Source: Candidatus Wildermuthbacteria bacterium (GTDB lineage Bacteria; Patescibacteriota; Minisyncoccia; Minisyncoccales; UBA10102). Taken from it: a stretch of 64,000 nucleotides of DNA. A program made the position numbers and the translations under genes. The stretch lies in NCBI GenBank assembly GCA_016186115.1, contig JACPMK010000002.1, forward strand, positions 136,983-200,982, in the 5' to 3' direction. Positions 59,970 to 64,000 of the stretch are shown here, in pieces (within the stretch, counting starts at the first letter, position 1; each line of letters opens with the position of its first letter). A model generated the notes under the pieces. The model saw nothing but the letters and a program-made list of their open reading frames with translations. It was not told the DNA's origin and did not search any database.

Positions 59970-61040
59970 CTACTGGATCGTCTGATCGTTTGCTCCTTGG
60001 CCACTATCCGGCCCGCTCCACGATCCTAAAACAGGAGTAAGAGGAAAGCCGTACGTAGTTCCTTGAACAAACAACAAAACATGCGTACCGTCAACGAGAT
60101 CGGCATTGATGGTTCGACCGGATCCTCCGACGATATCGAGTTGGACGCGAAAGCGTCTCGTTTCCCCCTTTTGGAGGAAAATATTCCCCCATGAGGCAAA
60201 CCCATTGGAATCCCACTGCGTCACGCCAAGTGATTGCCCTCTGCTAACGTCAATCAGCTCGATGTTTTTTGCATCAGAGAGAATGGCACTTCCGGTTTTC
60301 ATAACCGAAATTTGTCCTGCGATGCCCTCCACCGATCCTACCACTAGCTTAAACGAATTGACGACCACAGCTTTATCGCCTACACGAGGTTGGGAATCCA
60401 CGACCATTCCATCTTCTGTGATCATGACCGTACCAATAGTCACTGGTGCAATAGTCATTGCCTGGCCAGCTCCTGTAAATATGGGGATAATATCCTTGCC
60501 GCTTTCAGCGTCAATGGCAGCGATAGCGCTGAATCTGACGACATAAATTCCTCGTGCGTAAGGAGCAACTGCGCCTACTGCTGCAACAGAAATAAATTTG
60601 CCTGCTGGCACTCGAATGGTCTTGATAGAAAAGATGAGTTGATCTGCTGTGTTGGTAAGCGTTTCCTGGAAATACACAGGGCTGCCTAGAGAAGTTTCGT
60701 ACGCATCTCCACGAGAACTTTCTGCCGCATTGAGATCAGCCCAAAGCCCGATAGCAAGGTCATTTGCCCGAGCACCAGCAGCTGGGGTATTGGTTACGCC
60801 CAGCATCTGAACCAAAATATCCTTGTCAGAACCGGTTGCATCAAGAACAGCAACGGCTACAAGCACATCACGCGTACCCGCTATGATATTCGAAGCAATT
60901 GGCGTACTAAGCGTTCTCACAACAAGGACTTCTCTAAGGGCAGGTATGGGATTTTTTTCGGGCGTCAATACGCCAGATTCCACTTTCTGACATCCAGCAA
61001 GTAAAATTGACATTATCAGAAAAACAAAAACCTTTCCCAC
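59970..61040 (-). CDS. Orphan lipoprotein with beta-rich, surface-protein-like domains
   Basis: Signal peptide with lipobox LLAGC; GTG start with SD AAGGAGGG. Confidence 0.75.
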   Translation of the reverse strand: MGKVFVFLIMSILLAGCQKVESGVLTPEKNPIPALREVLVVRTLSTPIASNIIAGTRDVLVAVAVLDATGSDKDILVQMLGVTNTPAAGARANDLAIGLWADLNAAESSRGDAYETSLGSPVYFQETLTNTADQLIFSIKTIRVPAGKFISVAAVGAVAPYARGIYVVRFSAIAAIDAESGKDIIPIFTGAGQAMTIAPVTIGTVMITEDGMVVDSQPRVGDKAVVVNSFKLVVGSVEGIAGQISVMKTGSAILSDAKNIELIDVSRGQSLGVTQWDSNGFASWGNIFLQKGETRRFRVQLDIVGGSGRTINADLVDGTHVLLFVQGTTYGFPLTPVLGSWSGPDSGQGANDQTIQ

Positions 61041-61070
61041 GACTCCCTCCTTCTACTTAATAGCATCTAA

Positions 61071-61099
61071 ATTATAGAACAGCTTAGCATCAATGTCAA
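61071..61099 (-). promoter_or_regulatory. Perfect-consensus sigma70 promoter of the lipoprotein gene
   Basis: TTGACA-17nt-TATAAT. Confidence 0.8.
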
Positions 61100-61122
61100 A
61101 TTATCCGCAATGGTTTGATCCC

Positions 61123-61162
61123 CGATCTCCTTAAAACTGCGATCGCAAGAATAAGAAGATCG
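61123..61162. repeat. Copy C of the 40 bp palindrome
   Basis: CGATCTCCTTAAAACTGCGATCGCAAGAATAAGAAGATCG; 35/40 identical to copy B. Confidence 0.85.
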
Positions 61163-61199
61163 ATAAGAGGTTGCTTCCGCGGGTTTATTTTTGGGACTA

Positions 61200-62144
61200 C
61201 TACGGCTGCAAGATATCTTCCGTTCGGCCGTTAATAGAGATAACTACATTCTGTACCGTAGAAAATTGTTTCAGTGTTTGAGTGATTTGCGCGCGGATCG
61301 CTGCCACGCGGCAGGATCCCCCAACCTGAAATTGCAACTGTTCGTCAAAATCAACTCTCGCCACACCATTCGCAATATTCAATTGCTGGATCTTGATATT
61401 GGAATTAAGAGAACTAAAAAATCCCTGCTCTTGTTCTTTATTGGTAGTTCCCTTGAGCAATTCTTCCAGCGCTGCTCTTGCCGTTGCTTGCGTTTTTGGA
61501 ATCTGCCGATTCACGGAAAAAACCTTGTTGCATGAAAACTCCGGATCCATCTGGCTGTTATTAAAGTACGCCTGTACTGTTATCATTTCTTGCGAAGACA
61601 CCTCTCCAAATACAACCGGCACTCGCAATTCATCTGCCTGCTCGGGCAGACCCGAAGGATTATCTTTTTCCAGAATCAGCGTCCCCTTTTTGCCGGCTGG
61701 CTTGTCAAACTCAATATGCGCCTGAAATGGCACGAATTCTGTTGTCATCCACTCGCCTTGTGCCTGTGCTATTCCTGTAACAAGCGTATTTCCCCGCTCA
61801 TCAAGGAGTTTTACCGGAAAAGATGCTTCAAAAAACCAGTTTCCTCGTGCTTGGCCCGTAATCAAAAGCGGACTGCGGATTTCTTGATTAGGCCGGGGAT
61901 TGGTAATGCGGATAAGGTCTTGCTTCTCTAACTCATTGCCAATATCCTGTGTGAATGTCTTTCCATCTGGGATCGTACATTTCGCAGGATAACTTTCTTG
62001 CACCGGGTAACCCGCAGCCACACACTCGTCAAAATTTGTGATATGTACTTCCTGCGGGCCCTGCCCCTGATTCGCAAACCAAAACATCCCTCCTGCCGCA
62101 GCGAGTACAACCACGAGAATTATAATAAGATATATGGGTTTCAT
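61200..62144 (-). CDS. Membrane-anchored Gmad2 Ig-like + GerMN domain protein
   Basis: ITGQARGNWFFEASFPV, LEKDNPSGLPE (Gmad2); ALEELLKG...QITQTLKQFSTVQNVVISING (GerMN). Confidence 0.85.
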   Translation of the reverse strand: MKPIYLIIILVVVLAAAGGMFWFANQGQGPQEVHITNFDECVAAGYPVQESYPAKCTIPDGKTFTQDIGNELEKQDLIRITNPRPNQEIRSPLLITGQARGNWFFEASFPVKLLDERGNTLVTGIAQAQGEWMTTEFVPFQAHIEFDKPAGKKGTLILEKDNPSGLPEQADELRVPVVFGEVSSQEMITVQAYFNNSQMDPEFSCNKVFSVNRQIPKTQATARAALEELLKGTTNKEQEQGFFSSLNSNIKIQQLNIANGVARVDFDEQLQFQVGGSCRVAAIRAQITQTLKQFSTVQNVVISINGRTEDILQP

Positions 62145-62246
62145 AATAAAAATTATACCTCAAACCCACCATTCTATAAAACACGTCTATATATTAGGAA
62201 GGAAGTTTAACTTCCCTCTTTTCCATTATGAAAATTGGGGAAGAAA

Positions 62247-62492
62247 TTAAAAATTCACCAAGGCAGTAACTTCTTGCGGGGTGACTTCGACTACGCCGGA
62301 GGCAATGGGAATTTTTTGCTGTTTGCCGGATTCGTCTTCAATCACCATATCCCCTTCTTTTAAAAGAGAAATCAATGGGGCGTGATCCGCAAGAACCTGA
62401 ATCTGGCCGGTAACCGAAGGCAAGGCCAATGATTTGGCATGACCGACGAAAATCTCTCTGTCTATTGAAAAAATCAATAATGGAAAATCCAT
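62247..62492 (-). CDS. atpC: ATP synthase epsilon subunit (beta-sandwich domain only)
   Basis: LPSVTGQIQVLADHAPLISLL, SGVVEV; follows atpD. Confidence 0.9.
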   Translation of the reverse strand: MDFPLLIFSIDREIFVGHAKSLALPSVTGQIQVLADHAPLISLLKEGDMVIEDESGKQQKIPIASGVVEVTPQEVTALVNF

Positions 62493-62501
62493 ATACTAAA
62501 T

Positions 62502-63999
<1,498 letters not shown>

Positions 64000-64000
64000 G

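Overview
This 64 kb window is core chromosome from a small-genome bacterium, most likely Patescibacteria/CPR (Parcubacteria-like). The inference rests on the missing rpmD in the spc cluster, streamlined PheT/AlaS/ProS, AT-rich SD-less starts and CPR-typical hypothetical families. Almost everything is on the minus strand. It runs from the end of the ATP synthase operon (atpG-atpD-atpC) through a thiol-redox/oxidative pentose-phosphate cluster, ndk, an ECF sigma pair, the str-S10-spc and alpha ribosomal clusters, cell-shape genes, gatCA, four tRNA genes, pheST and gyrB. The most notable unexplained signals are: (1) a PaaX/Cas2-fold gene bracketed by two inverted copies of a ~40 bp palindrome, with a third, covarying copy 30 kb away upstream of an orphan lipoprotein promoter; (2) a ~135 nt rod-shaped non-coding RNA candidate with its own sigma70 promoter just upstream of the ECF sigma gene; (3) a promoter + strong SD + 7-codon Ala-containing ORF + terminator in front of alaS; (4) an RpoA lacking its C-terminal domain; and (5) a nested hairpin/REP-like element between trxB and dsbA. 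All product calls are from motif recognition only; no searches or folding programs were run.
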